DNA from: Chrysomallon squamiferum
Taxonomy: Eukaryota > Animalia > Mollusca
Reading direction: 5' to 3'
Length of the DNA: 64,000 nt
NCBI GenBank assembly: GCA_012295275.1
Contig: CM022672.1
Span: 21,018,001 to 21,082,000 of the forward strand
A program made the position numbers and the translations under genes. Positions 27,801 through 45,851 of the stretch are shown piece by piece. Under the pieces are notes generated by a model that saw nothing but the letters and a program-made list of their open reading frames with translations, searched no databases and was not told the DNA's origin. Each line of letters starts with the position of its first letter. Positions within the stretch are counted from its first letter, which is position 1.

Positions 27801-29082
27801 GTCATTGTGTACTTTTATTAGTATTTTCATAAACTGCACTAGAATAAACATAGATAAAAAGGTTCCAGCCTCTGTGTGTTGATATCACAAGCACAGAAAA
27901 ATGGTTGCATCCAGACATTATTAAACTGTGCTCTTTTGTTGTTATACTTTATTATTAATTAAGAATGGACATCAAAAGAAAATCAAGTAGAACATGCAAA
28001 TATGCAGAATATATTGAGACAATTTTATTACTACATTTTAAGAGTTTAATTCACTGAAATGTTTGTTTTCAGCACTGGCATATACCTCTGGGCAGGCGAT
28101 TCAGATCTCTCAAACTCTGGTTTGTTCTCAGGTTGTATGGATTGAAAGGTCTTCAGCAGATGATTCACAAAGTGAGTGGAAGCTCAACTTGTAACATAAC
28201 AACTAAACTTTATAAATCAAACATATATCTAATTTTTAAATAAATGAATATTTAAAGTTTAACAAAAATGTATTTGAAGCCTAAATCTTTATTTAATTTA
28301 GAACCATTATTTATCTGCTGTCAGAAAAGTACATTTATAATTAAAATAAATTAAAAACTATAAAAATTTTAAATTTTAAAAAATAAATTGTTCAGACATT
28401 AAAATGTTGGTATCAGTTGTTTTTTTTGTTTTTTGCCAAGCTTATTTTCTTAATGACTGTTAGTAAGCAATAAATAAATAAATAAATGAAAATGAATAAT
28501 AATAATAATAATAATGATGATGATGATGAAGATAATGATGCTTAGTCTTAATAAATATAAACTTTGAGTCATCTGAACACTAGAAAATGTTTTTCTTTCT
28601 TTCAGGATGTTGGCCTGGCTAAGGACTTTGAGTCTTATGTGAAAGCTGATGAAAGATTTGAGATTATTAATACTAGTATGGGTTTGGTGTGCTTCAGATT
28701 AAAGGTATTTAAATAAAGCTTGTTCTTTTGCACAGGCACACACCACTCGCACACACAAACACACACACACACACACATTACTGATAAATAAAATTCATAT
28801 GGTTTTAATATACTATTAAACGAGATCTTTTTTTATAATCAGCTTTTAAAACTTTTTTATTTTTATTTTCAGGGTGATAATGAAATTAATGAGCAACTCC
28901 TAAAAGCAATAAATGACGAAGGTCGAATACATCTAGTACCCTCTAAGATGAAATCAAAGTATTTCTTGCGTTTTGCAATCTGTGCATCAAGAACAAACTT
29001 AGGTGATGTTAGATTTGCCTGGCAAGTCATTCTTGATGCAACTAACAGCTTACTGAAGGAGACACATAATGAAGACACATAA
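20538..29082 (+). CDS. Ddc: Aromatic L-amino acid (DOPA) decarboxylase, ~480 aa. Exons 20538-20738, 22256-22370 (1-nt frameshift), 24036-24155, 24526-24660, 24953-25096, 25765-25831, 26406-26500, 26872-26939, 27178-27268, 28073-28171, 28606-28704, 28873-29082
   Basis: Motifs [25 protein letters not shown]|[28 protein letters not shown]|[37 protein letters not shown] (PLP lysine), DPLYLKH and [13 protein letters not shown]. All introns are GT-AG with compatible phases once the extra base in exon 2 is removed. Confidence 0.95.
21057..21960 (+). mobile_element. Decayed, internally deleted Tc1/mariner transposon in the first coding intron of Ddc
   Basis: Fragments [29 protein letters not shown] (Tc1 GGGSVMVW motif) and ALNWEWNAI...[22 protein letters not shown] (Tc1 C-terminus, SM.RR..AVI.A.G.HT). 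Degenerate TIR: caaaaacgtttag versus the reverse complement caaataagtttag. Ends are TA-rich. Confidence 0.85.
22500..22750. repeat. Degenerate ~40-bp minisatellite (gatattgtatgtctgtatgtaatg...)
   Basis: The core recurs about 5-6 times in a Ddc intron. Confidence 0.6.
23778..23980. repeat. 30-bp minisatellite, ~7 copies (taactaaagttgacactttgttaatataac)
   Basis: Units start at 23781, 23811, 23841, 23871 and 23901, followed by shortened copies. Confidence 0.85.
25438..25538. repeat. Exact 46-bp tandem duplication
   Basis: catattatttgttttaattcttttgacttgtaatttgttttatttt occurs at 25442 and 25488, with a partial third copy at 25534. Confidence 0.85.
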
Positions 29083-31251
29083 CTGCTGTTAATACAACAC
29101 GAAGAAAAAAGTGTTTTTATAAATGTAAAGCTGACATTATGTGTTTTGTTTCATGAATCTGAAACTAACTATAACTAATACAGTAATCCCAGACAGATGT
29201 TAAATGGTTGATGAGGTAACTAAATTAGTGAATTATTAATGATATATCATGTAAGTAAATGAAAGGTTTAGAAAATTGTTGATTCTGGCTTTCCATTTAT
29301 CTTCAGTCCATCCCATTGTGGTTTCATAGAGAATAACTGTTCTGCTCATTTCTTGTTTTATTCTAAATGTAAGGTTTTTTTTTTTTTTTTACAGTGCAAA
29401 TAATAATATTAATACTAATTTAATATATATCTGATCGTTTATGTACCATCGTGAACTGTTAGTGATGAGATGAAATAAAAATGTATATTATTAGTTTTTA
29501 CAAAATGAAGATGTACATCATGATTACTAGGTTTGCATGTGTTGTTAATGTACTGGTAGTTTGACTGTTAGAGACCTGTTTGTTATGATAATTATGTTAT
29601 TATTTTTAATAATAATGAGGTAGTCCAGGAAGGTAATGAATAATAAATTAAAATTAATTTAATAATAAACCAATTTCTTAATTAGGATGTTATTAAGTTA
29701 CGAGTCTGTTAAACAAACACAGTTTTTCAATCACTTCTTCATATTATTTTTGTTCTTCGTCTTTTTTTATTTTATATACTTATAAATGGAAAAACAAAAG
29801 ACTAATAAATTATTGAATAAAGTTTTACCATACTTTTTATTTATTTAACAGCATGAAATGATTCATGTTTCTTGGGGGAAAAAATCAGATACAATCAACC
29901 ATTTTCAACTACATTTTCAAGGAGCGCAGACTGGAACAGGACAAAATTAATAAGCAAACGTGTCTAATGGCGTAGTGTGCAATAATTATAAAATACTGAA
30001 AATCATTTATTAATGTTACAGTGTATTTCCTAGAAACAAAAAAACATGTTAATACTAAGCACATTTTACAAAACGTATCAAAGAAACAACAACAACAACA
30101 ACAACAACATTAACAATAATAATAATAAAATTGTGTAGTATAATAATTTCAAAATAATCAAAACTTTTGTATTATTTTGTTACACGACGTTACTTAAATA
30201 AAAACACTGCTTAATACTAAATAATAAAAATGTCCAGCTATATTAAAACACACCTATAAATTTTTGATATTTATTATACACTTGTAGCTTCCTTTTTAAT
30301 TTTTATTTTGTTACTCCATTTTGCTGCATTATTAACTGACATTTTGCTCTTGATTTGTCATAATTACGTGGCCCTAGGCGTACTGTTGAGAAGCGTGATT
30401 AATAAGAAAAAGCACGCGCACACCCATACATTGTTAATAAAAAATTCTTATCAATGTGTAAATCCGTTTTGACCTGTAGACTGAGAGTTCAGTTCTTGTG
30501 TGGATTATTTCAATAAAATTCATTTTAGAAATTACTATTAATCAAGATTCTCAATTCATAAATCTTTCATTTTTGTGTAATATTTCCGGTATGCGTCATG
30601 GATTTAACTTCTTATAGTTATTAATAAATAATTCAAACTTCTTATATTCATTAATTATTTATGTCTCGTATTCATTCATTACATCTAGATGTGCAAAGAT
30701 GTTTTATTTACTTGTCCACACTGAATCTACCCCGAATATAGACAAAGATGAATTTTCTTTTTTCCCTTCTATCTGCGTATTTGTCTGGTGAAAGCAGGCC
30801 TAAATGTTTTGAATCTCAGTCTACGTGCCAGTATAAAAGTAAGCACGAATAATACAACTCACCACTCGCATTTTTCTTTAACACAAATAATGACAATTAA
30901 ATCAGAATTATAAAATAGTTTATTATACACAAATATTGCACAAATAAATATACATTACAAGATATTCAAAGTATTCTAAAAATTGTTTTCTATAATTGTA
31001 CAGGTGATTTTTCTTTTCTTACAAATTTAAATCATTTTCTTCCGCTGTTAGGTTTACATTACAGTTTACAATAATAATATATTGCAATCAAAAAATAATT
31101 AAATAAAATAATGTATAAAATTTGATTTGGAAATTGAAAACAAAATTTTCATTCAATTAGTTTCGTCTATAGATATTTCTATAAAAACTAGATGATTTCT
31201 GTACATCACTTTTCTCAGTATTAAAAATAATTTTTCTTTTTTTCTTTTTAA

Positions 31252-31292
<41 letters not shown>

Positions 31293-31515
31293 TAATAATA
31301 ATTATTATGAATTTGAAATTCTTTGGTTTCCGGAACCGTATTGTACACATAAGTATCAAACAGTATACGCAAAATGAGATGGAATGAAAATATGACCGAC
31401 TATAAATAATCTGTCATACACGAAGGCGATGATGGAAATGAACTACGGGATATGTCCTGAGAGATCATGGGTCTGAGAATTATCACAGTTTGGCCAGAGA
31501 GAGAAGAGATTTTTT

Positions 31516-35388
<3,873 letters not shown>

Positions 35389-35790
35389 TATCAACTTGAC
35401 TATCGAAACTTTCACAGTTTAAAATTTTTTATTTCTGAAACAAAATAAATGAATCATCATGGATGGTCCTTTTTGGTTACAAAATAAATACGATATGTTC
35501 ATACACGTGTTTATGTGTACTGTAATTGTTTACGCTGTTAAATGTAATTCAATGGCGGAATAAGGAATAAATAAAAATCATTTGTGAAACATTCATTTCA
35601 ATGATTTTCTTGAATTATAACTGTTACTGAAAATTATGAGAATTATCCGTTATAATGCTTTACATAAATTTTAGTCTTCGTTTAGATTTATAATATTTTA
35701 GATATTCCTTTTTCGTATATATACATTTTACAATTCCTACATTTACATACAATAAACCATGTGTTCTATTTTTAACATCAGCTTACATAC

Positions 35791-35905
35791 CTTTGTTCGT
35801 AAAAATCGATGAATACTAGTCTTCGCTTCAAACTCTTGCTTAAATATTATTTCCAGCTCAGTCTTCTTTTTCTTCTTTCTATATCTTCTATGTGTTTCAA
35901 TTGGA
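35791..35905 (-). other. Non-coding first exon of the BiP-like gene (5' end approximate)
   Basis: Donor AAG|GTATGT at 35791 and acceptor tttcAG before 35434. It lies just downstream of the TATA box. Confidence 0.55.
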
Positions 35906-35933
35906 GAGATGATACTTGTAAAGAAAAGTAATA

Positions 35934-35973
35934 TATTTATACGTAGGTAAACGACGGGGCATATTCTGATTGG
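35934..35973 (-). promoter_or_regulatory. ERSE-like element (CCAAT-N9-CCCCG, 35973-35955) plus TATAAATA box (35941-35934)
   Basis: The minus strand reads CCAAT cagaatatg CCCCG, one mismatch from the ERSE consensus CCAAT-N9-CCACG with exact spacing. A second CCAAT lies at 36004-36000. Confidence 0.7.
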
Positions 35974-36304
35974 CCGTTAGTGCTACTATCTCTAATGCGA
36001 TTGGATGAATCATTTCATTCCAGAAAGTGCGCGTAACGTGAACAACGCAATTAATGATGCAACTGGCTTAATTTACGCATTTTTTTTTTGGGGGGGGGTG
36101 TTAATTCGGGAAATCCTATAATATATATTTACATATTTCATTATATGATCCTTAATTAATTGTTTAATAATTTATTATTATTATTATTATTATTATTATG
36201 TTGTTGTTGTTGTTGTTGCTATGATGCTGTAGTTTTCGTTGTTTTACTCTACATTAATGTTCCAGATTTTTAAAGCTACTGAATAGGGAAAAAAGAAAGA
36301 AAGG

Positions 36305-36337
<33 letters not shown>

Positions 36338-37055
36338 AGATAAATTAATAATTTAGAACCATAAAGATGTAATATTTAAAATACCATTAGTTTTCAAAAT
36401 ACCATTAGGAGAAAACAAAATTAGAGACATAGAACAAATATTATTACAGATTATAACTGTATGATGTGTTTTAAAATGTGTATATCAGTAAATAATTATG
36501 CTTACACTTAGAAATAATAAACGACTTTGCATTTAATGTAAAGAATATGATTTATAATAATTTCAAAATAATGTTTTTATTAAACGACAAATTTTATACT
36601 GGTACACATAATAATATAAATATTTAAAAATATAAGTCCAGCTCAATCATTTTTAAAATGTATTTTGAAAGCAGGATTATATTTTTCCAAATTTTATTTA
36701 AACTGAATCACGAAATCGGGACATCCGAAGCAAAAATATTATGTGATTTATTTACATATATATGCAAAGATCAATAGAAAGGTTTTTAACAGATAAAACC
36801 ATTTTACATTCTAGTTAAAACATTAATAAAGAAATAACGAATAATATTTCTAACCTGACTGCACGTGTTCCATTCGGTCGACGTGTCCTTCCAATATAAA
36901 AAATACGTTAAAATCACATTAGAAACGGTTCAGTAAACACGTAATCAATTTTCTGTTACCTCATCATTCATAGTTTAACAGGATGAATGTCGTCTGCGCT
37001 TCAAGCAGTGTTTTATTTTTTACTTTTATTTTAATGTTATATATCTGTGAACGTG

Positions 37056-37141
<86 letters not shown>

Positions 37142-37257
37142 ATACACACACACCAACACACAAACACATACCTATACATACATACAAACAAAGAGAAACA
37201 GACGTTTTCTATCTCAAACGGCTAACAATTATTAAAAATAAAAGAAGATGACTCATA

Positions 37258-37311
<54 letters not shown>

Positions 37312-37523
37312 CATCATTATTTTATCTTAAATTTAATTCCTAGCAAGCATGCTATAGATTAGTAGGTAGCGACCTTTCCACATTATTAAATTTACTTAAC
37401 AAAAGATTCATGAATGAATACAGCCATCTGTTGAAAAAACAATAATTTTTATTAGAAACAAAATCAGTCAATATAAAGATTGTGTCGACATACAGGAGTT
37501 TGTAGTATATTTTTGACAAAATC

Positions 37524-37593
<70 letters not shown>

Positions 37594-37800
37594 TTGAAGA
37601 AAAAAGGAAACTAATACTAGAAACTAGTTTTATGCATATTTATCCATATCTGTTTATAGGGCAGTATCCTTTATGCATAATGCGTATCGTAGTATTTATA
37701 AAAAGTATGCATCTGTAGCTTACATTATCTATATCTGTATATATCTGTCTATCTATCACATATATTATTATATACATTTACATTATGTATGTATATATAA

Positions 37801-37802
<2 letters not shown>

Positions 37803-37838
<36 letters not shown>

Positions 37839-37851
37839 ATAATAATAATAA

Positions 37852-37882
<31 letters not shown>

Positions 37883-37891
37883 AAGAAGAAG
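37803..37891. repeat. Compound (TAC)n(TAA)n(GAA)n microsatellite; pure (TAA/TTA)n tracts at ~1-40, 193-250, 3288-3334, 10454-10517, 37524-37593, 45748-45850
   Basis: Directly visible trinucleotide runs. These explain most low-complexity ORFs in the track. Confidence 0.95.
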
Positions 37892-38562
37892 AATAGAAAA
37901 GAAAAAATATCTTGAAAATAAACACTGGACTAAATTCTTTATCAAGCTGTTCTCAAAATCATACAAATAGACACTCAAATGAATATTGCTTCTTCCTCTC
38001 TAGTTTAATACACATGAATGCATCTTAATAATGATAAAATGAATGACTAAAACTGCAGCGAGATTTGCTATCTCTTAAGAGGTGTTATCTTTCTTGTTTA
38101 AATAGTGAAAAATCGATATCGTTTGATTTATTCCAGTTTACTCAACAAACACTGAAAAGCAGACGACATGTTACTCGTCTGAAATCAGTCGAAAAACTGG
38201 TAAATGTAAAACCAGGCACGAACTCCGAATCTGACGCTAGAAAATCACTTTATCAAAATTTGACGTCCGATTCTTACGGTTTAAAGACTCGATTCGCTTT
38301 CAACATCATGTTCGTTGGTAAAAAACAGATGTAGAGTAGTGTAAACAATACAAGGAATTTATTCAGTTAAAATTCTAGTTTTTTAAATCGACTTTTTCTT
38401 CTTCTTTCTTTATCTTTATATTTTTCCTCTTTTTTAAAAGTGTACAGAAAAACAGCAGAGACAGTAATAGAAAGGGCAGTGTGAATGGGTTAATTATTAT
38501 TATTATTATCATCATTATCATCATCATCATCATCCTTATTATTATTATCATTAAAATTAAAA

Positions 38563-38600
<38 letters not shown>

Positions 38601-39031
38601 GACATCAAATTATTTACAGGATAAAAATTATTTACTGAATATATGATCTGATTTAAAAAAAAAAAAAAAACATTCTGTCTTTAAACGGTGTACTGGAAAT
38701 TAATCTTTCACCAGAATACTGGCCCGGAGCTTTCAACATTACTTTGAATCTGCCTGTAGGTATAGTTATTTATAATTATTAGCTGTAACTCGAACTGTAC
38801 AGCAATATCGACGTTGTTAACAGAATTCACGAGGATACAAAGATCTATGTTAAATGACAGATGAGGTGTTGAGAATGGATATTTCACAGGAATAGAAAAA
38901 TGTGTAAATTACTGACATCGCGAATCAGTATTTTAGGAAGGACATTCCCCCCATTCCCCCATACAAATGTGTGTGTGTGTCTGTGTGTGTGTGTGTTTGT
39001 GTATGTGTGTGTTTGTATGTGTGTGTGTGTG

Positions 39032-39130
<99 letters not shown>

Positions 39131-39659
39131 TAACAAATTTTCATATGCGCAGTGATAAAATTTTCAATATGATTCCCCAACCCAACAATCTCAAAATTGC
39201 CTTACAAGTTACCTAATTATGAGAGTTTGGCTTTTAATGAGCAGGCTTTAAAATTTTGTTATCAAGGTTGACCATAAATTTACCCAATATCTATTATAAT
39301 AACAGTAACAAAAATAAATAAATAAAAATTAATTTTTATTAATGTCATCCAAACAAAAGTAAAAGCCTCTTGCATAAACTTTATTGAAGACTGACACTGC
39401 ATCGTATTTACAAAATAAACTTCTGCTGGTAAATAGAGAGATAACTCTTGTAAGTCTTCTTCTCTGAGGTCGTCTGTAGTGAAGTAATGTAAAACAATTT
39501 GTGTTGTGTCTGCGAGTGTGTGCATGCGTATGTGTGTATATATTTGTTTTGTGTGACTGCCAGTGTATGAGTTACGAGTGTATGTTGTGAATGTGTATGT
39601 ATGTGTGTGTGTTTATGGGCTGTTTGTTAGTTGTGTATATTTACATGCTCTGTATATAT

Positions 39660-39850
39660 GATGGCTGAAAAAAAAGTCGCAGAAAAAAAGTCACAATTTA
39701 GTATAGGAAACCTGGCGAGTTATTATTGAATGGTTTCAATGTGAGCAGGCGACAGTGGGCACCATCATCCAGCAGGACCGCAAGACCGTGGCAGAATTTC
39801 TTCGTGGTATTGGGTGGAACATCTGTGACATCTCTCTATCTATACACAGT
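39660..39850 (+). mobile_element. Possible decayed Mutator/MULE-like fragment
   Basis: Short repeats aaaaaaagtcgcag/aaaaaaagtcaca precede a GC-rich stretch reading IEWFQCEQATVGTIIQQDRKTVAEFLRGIGWNI, reminiscent of MULE transposase C-termini (recalled, not searched). Confidence 0.45.
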
Positions 39851-39997
39851 ATGTTTTTGTAACTTTTATATATATATATATATATACTTTTTAAATTCCA
39901 ACTGAAAGTGCTACATTTATGAAAATATGGTTCATTATCTCATGCAGATAATTTATTGAATTTACGAAATTAAGTTATAGTTATGTATTCTCTAGAC

Positions 39998-40263
39998 CAC
40001 AGGTCTTCGAATGTTTTTGTAACTGTGTCTCTGGAGAAAATATTTCGTTTATAGTTACAAAATATTATGGTTGAGCAGGTTCAGTTAATACGTAAAAAAA
40101 AGTGTACACAGTGATTTAACTGAATAAAATATAACGCAGAATTATAATTTTCGAGAAAAATAAAAAAAACAAAAAAAATTAAAATATTGTTTTTAACTTT
40201 TGCATTCAACATTACAGAATTTTGCTCGCCTATCCCCTGATGACCATAGATTGAAAGCAACTG
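39998..40263. mobile_element. Old hAT (Charlie-type) MITE
   Basis: Flanked by 8-bp CTCTAGAC/CTCTAGAT, which fits the Charlie-type NTCTAGAN target. Degenerate TIRs cacaggtcttcgaa and ttgaaagcaactg. Confidence 0.6.
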
Positions 40264-40395
40264 CTCTAGATAAATGAGGTTGATGGTTTATTAGCAAATG
40301 AATCGTCTTTCATGTAAACCAGCGGCATACTAGAAGCATTGTCAGTAATGAGGTCTTAAGCTATAAAATACACACAGACTCATTATTACTCAATT

Positions 40396-40665
40396 CAGTG
40401 GCATGCAGAGGGGAGGGGGCTGAAGGGGCGCTGGCCCCAGGGCATTCAAATGGGGGGCATCCGATCAGAGAAAAGAACTTAATACATTTGTTTGATTTAT
40501 ATTTAAATCGAAAAAAGTGTTTATTTTATATTTCATCTGTGTTTACATATTCAAAATATCTCCCTTTCTCATAATATATCTCAGTACGAGGCCTTATACT
40601 TGAGACTTTGGGGCATACAATCAAAGAGTTGGCCCCGGGCATCACAGGACCTCTGCACGCCACTG
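40396..40665. mobile_element. hAT-like MITE
   Basis: TIRs CAGTGGCATGCAGAGG and CCTCTGCACGCCACTG (one mismatch), with GC-rich subterminal ggggcat/ggcccc motifs. The flanks ctcaatt/cttaatt are an imperfect TSD. Confidence 0.8.
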
Positions 40666-42463
40666 CTTAATTTGCTTTAATAAATAGATAGACAGACAGA
40701 CAGACAGACAGATAGATAGATAGAGACAGACAGATAGATAGATAGATAGATAGAGACAGACAGATGATAGATAGAGACAGATAGATAGATAAATAGATAG
40801 ATAGATAACATTTAAAAAAATAATAATAAAAATTCTAAAATCGTGGCGCATCAAGATTTTTTATTCTTTAAATAAGAAATTAAATGTTATAAAATCAAAA
40901 ATGAAAACATAAAAACATAAAATAAAAAAATAAAGTAATGAATTTAATAAAATCCTGATTCATTATGAATAATGTCACGTTATCTCGTGGGACCATCTCA
41001 ATAAAATCAATGTAAATTGCCGGAAAAAAGCGAGACTGTACTTTCGTTTATTGATTCCGTTACAAAAACACGTCTGGGACGTTACAGAACGTAGACTCTT
41101 GCTCTCTAACGTCAAAACAAAATACCGTTGTTTTTCACGTTTAGAAAGGGCAGGGCTGTTGTTTTCCCCCAGTGAGTAAAAAAAGAAATTAATAATAAAG
41201 AAAACAAAAAATGAAGTAGAAGATTATATTTCAGCATGTAAAAGGTTGAAAAAAAAAAAAAAAAAAAAACACACAAAATAAAAAAATAAAAAATGGAATA
41301 AATAAATAAATAATAATAAAAAAAATAAATAAATAAAAATAAATAAATAAAATCAAAGTAAAATAACAACAACAAAAAACACATCATCTTATAATACTGA
41401 TATAAAATATTTGATTGTTTTACGCAAAAAAAAAAAAAAGAGAAAAGAAAAGCACGATAGAATATATTTCAACGATAATTATGTCTTAAACTAAAAATTA
41501 ATATAAAAAAGGTACAATATATATTTAAAACTTTATTTATTTCTTATTCATTTTTATAAGATAACGCAATAAACCTAATTTACCTTTTGTGGAACCAAAC
41601 AATTTATATTTTCCTTAACTGAACTCAGAACCTTCTATAAAGACTATAGAATCAGCATTATAACATAGACTTTTTTTGTCTTTTGTCTTCGTATATTTTT
41701 TACTTTTGTTATTCTTCGTTACATTTCCCCGTTTGTTAAACGATTATTTGTACTTCTTGCATTAATTATGCATTTGCTGGACGTTATTAGTAAAATTAGA
41801 GTATTCGTTAACATACATGTAAACAAAAAAATCGTTCTCTGTTTGATCCACAGAGATGTTCATGTTCAGTGTTATAAATAAATAATGTATTATGATTGGG
41901 GATCTGTTTTCTCTGCTTAAAAAAAAGATTTTAACATCTTTACTTTAGTGCATAGTAAGTGTAAATATTATCCTTCTAACAAAAGATTATAACATCATTA
42001 CTTACTGTAAATATATCAGTAATTCATTTAACAAAACATTTTAATATGTTTACCTATGGGTAATGAAATGTAAATTATATCAGTAATCCATTCAACAAAA
42101 ACAACAATTTGCTTACGTCGAATGAAGTATGTTACAGTCTATAATGAGTTATGACTTCCTAGAAATACTTTGGAATTATAGATACATTCTTAAATTCATA
42201 TTCATAAACTGAGTATTGTTTTGAGTTTTTGCTAGGCATATGAACACTTAAACATAATACTAAAATAAAAAAAAAAAATAAATTAAATAAATTTTTAAAT
42301 AAATAATAAATTTTAAATACTAAAAATAAAAATAAATAAAAAATATACATAAAACCTAAAAACAAATAAACTAGCAACAACAACACCAACAATAATAACA
42401 ATAATAAAGAAAAAATAATGTTTTGCAACTCTTTTGTTTTGCAGTTACTCTTTTGCTATGGTT

Positions 42464-42540
<77 letters not shown>

Positions 42541-43557
42541 GACAGACACACACACACATCATAAGAAACAAAAACCGTAGTCCAATAACTACATGAACAA
42601 TTTGTCCAATATGTGATCCGGTTTGTTTTTTTCGTTTTTTTTTTCTTTCTGTCTTTCTTGGGGTTTTTTCCTCACATAAACACTGAAGTGATGACTTCTT
42701 AACATCACGCAGAGCGATTCAAACAGTTTAAACGTAATACTGGTGTTTAGAAACTTATCTATTTCTGTGCTCGTTTCGGACGGCTGTATCGATTCTCTCT
42801 TTTGTGACTTGCCGTTTACGTGTAAATAAAACACATGAATAGTTCTAGCTGCCTCCGGGAAAATCTTAAGTGATTGTTTGTTACGGAGTGTTACCTAAAT
42901 ATTGAACAACGTACAGAACGTCATCTGTAAAACTGTTTACAAAAAGTATCTTACAAATATCTCGGGACTCTTAGTGCTTAGGAGTTAGCATATATACTTA
43001 ATGACTACTTAATGACTTTTAATTTATTTTATTATAATAATTATTTCTAAAACTGCTACTATGAATTCAGTTTTAAACCGAAAAACTAGACTGAACTGTG
43101 GATGAGATCATAAATAGGCAGGTCAGAAAGTGGCACACCATTATGTAAAAAAAATTTGATACATTTTGCTCTTACATTTTACTTTTCTTTTTGACAAAAC
43201 TCATCAGCCCTTAATATAATTTTTTTTTTATAGGTTTCTCTGGTTCAGGAAGTATTAGAGATATATGGTCTTTCACCTGAAAGTTTCACCTTTGTTTATG
43301 AGTATCGGCCTGGGGTCGGAGGATGTCCTCTAGGTACTTTAAAGCAGATCCGTCAAACAAAAAATAAACAAAACAAAGAAAAGAAAAAAAAAAAAAAAAA
43401 AAAAATGCCAGTATGAGATGTGCAAATGAACAAAATACTGTTTTTAAAGTGGTAAATAATAATGATGTCAATTGTTTGAAGCTCTAGTCTGCAAATCAGG
43501 CCAAGGTCAAGTATGTTTTTCGATCATTAAAATTAAGAAGAAACTCTCATGTATGTA

Positions 43558-43590
<33 letters not shown>

Positions 43591-44415
43591 ATATAATTTA
43601 TATATACGTACCTAGACCAAAACCTCTATATATTATATAGGACAGCTTGGAATCTTTTTGTAACTATGTATCACAAGAAACATATCATGACAGGAAATTC
43701 AGGTTTGATTTATATTTCATTTACATGCTTTTACGTCAGATAATGTTTTTCATCATTATCAGTAATCATTTTCCATTACTGCTAGTTATTTTGAAATACA
43801 TAAAATAGAGAAAAATTATTCTTGGTTTTATTCAAGTATTTAGCAGTTCAGAAGGCATTTTTAGAGGGAGAATGATAGAGTCCAAAATCAGAAACAATAT
43901 CATGACAAGATGTAATCCCTGAACCACTAGTTCAAAATGACAGTTTCGTCGCTTTAAAATCTAAAACACGTTAAAAGCAAACAATAACAGCAATAACGAA
44001 AACAAAGTAAGAAAATAACATTTATATCGATTTTTAAATTGATTTTTATCTCGATGGTTAAAGATGCTATTTTTACAAACTGACTTAAAAACCAATGTGA
44101 ATTTTAAACTAACTATCTTTGAAACAATGTTATCATTTATTCTTAAAAAAACCATTTGTTTCATAAAAAAAATATTTTAAAAATTCTTAGTATTTGTGAA
44201 AACCCCCCAACCCCCCAGAAAAAACATTAAAAACCAGGTTTGTACGTTTTCTTTTGCTCTGTCTAAAATTAGACGTACAACAAATAAGCTAGAAAAGAAC
44301 ATTTTATTATTATTTGAAGACCTGTTCAGTTTTTTAATTTTAATGCGATATATGAAGTAATGAACATGTTATACAACACATCATACATGATTAATGTAAC
44401 CGATCAGGGTGCTTC

Positions 44416-44556
<141 letters not shown>

Positions 44557-45272
44557 AAAGGAGAAAATTTGTATTGATTATTTCCTCTCGCTGGCATGAA
44601 AGCCAGCCTTCTTAACTGTCAAAGACATATGTCTATAGTATTCAGTTCATTTAAGCCAGTTAGCCTGACATATTACAGTCTACTATTACAAACATATTTT
44701 TCATTTCGGAAAGCTTCAAGATAATCAACAATAATTACCATATATATCATCCTTTCTTTTATACAATTTTTACGTATCTAAGTCTGGTACATCTTTTTAA
44801 ATCACTACTGTGACTACAAATCCTCTGATATATAATGCTGAACAAGAGTTCTTTTGATGAATCACGTTCCACTTAAAATTAAATTATAAGTAATTAATAG
44901 ATGTCGCTAGTAATTAGATCACTTGATCAGATAACAGCAATGTTCGCGTAAAGGCTCAAGAAATTAGCGCTAGCCGTGGAAAGCTTTAGTTCGATTTACA
45001 GATTTCTGTTCATATTATTCTTAGAACAGGTTCTTCTGTGATTAATTTGATTATTCGTTGATGTATTAGCATACTTCATGTTTTGTCAGCTGTGGCGGTA
45101 TTAGTTTTTCTGAGAGATGTTGGGTCTTAAAGAATGTAAATGACTGGACTGAGACCTCGAGTGATAACAAAACAGAAATAATCCATTTACCGCTGGCCCT
45201 CATGTTAACGGGTAGGTTTAGGTTTCAAGTAGCAATTTGCTACTTCGAGATAATCAGGGACAAAATTATCTT

Positions 45273-45308
<36 letters not shown>

Positions 45309-45744
45309 TTACTATTTTTAACCGTTTTTTTTTTGTACATTTGTTAAATTATGCTTCTTTCCACACGACTGAAGTTTAGCGTAATAGTGTTCGATGTATA
45401 TATATTCTAACCTGAGAATAAAGGTGTGCAAGCTAGTTTAGAAAATAATTTTAATGCATTGTCATTTTATGCATTATTTTAAATAACATTCATTGAAACG
45501 AAATATATATCTTTTCGCAATACCCATGGCAGAAACAGTACCTTACAAAATTCCTGTTAACGTTAACAATGGTCTAAGTGCGCTATATGTTTTGACGAGA
45601 AGATCAATCCTTGTTTGTTCCACTCAGTTACTTTATGTATGTAAAGGTAACACTTACATCTCAAAGTTCATAGTCTGTGTGTATTCCTGTCCTATATGAA
45701 GATGTATACAAAATATCTCTTAGCTAAGTGACAATTCTGTCTGA

Positions 45745-45851
<107 letters not shown>

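Noticed and set aside
39280-39525. Minus-strand 81-aa ORF or terminal exon
   Set aside because: An acceptor and an AATAAA are present, but there is no recognisable product and no connectable upstream coding exon.
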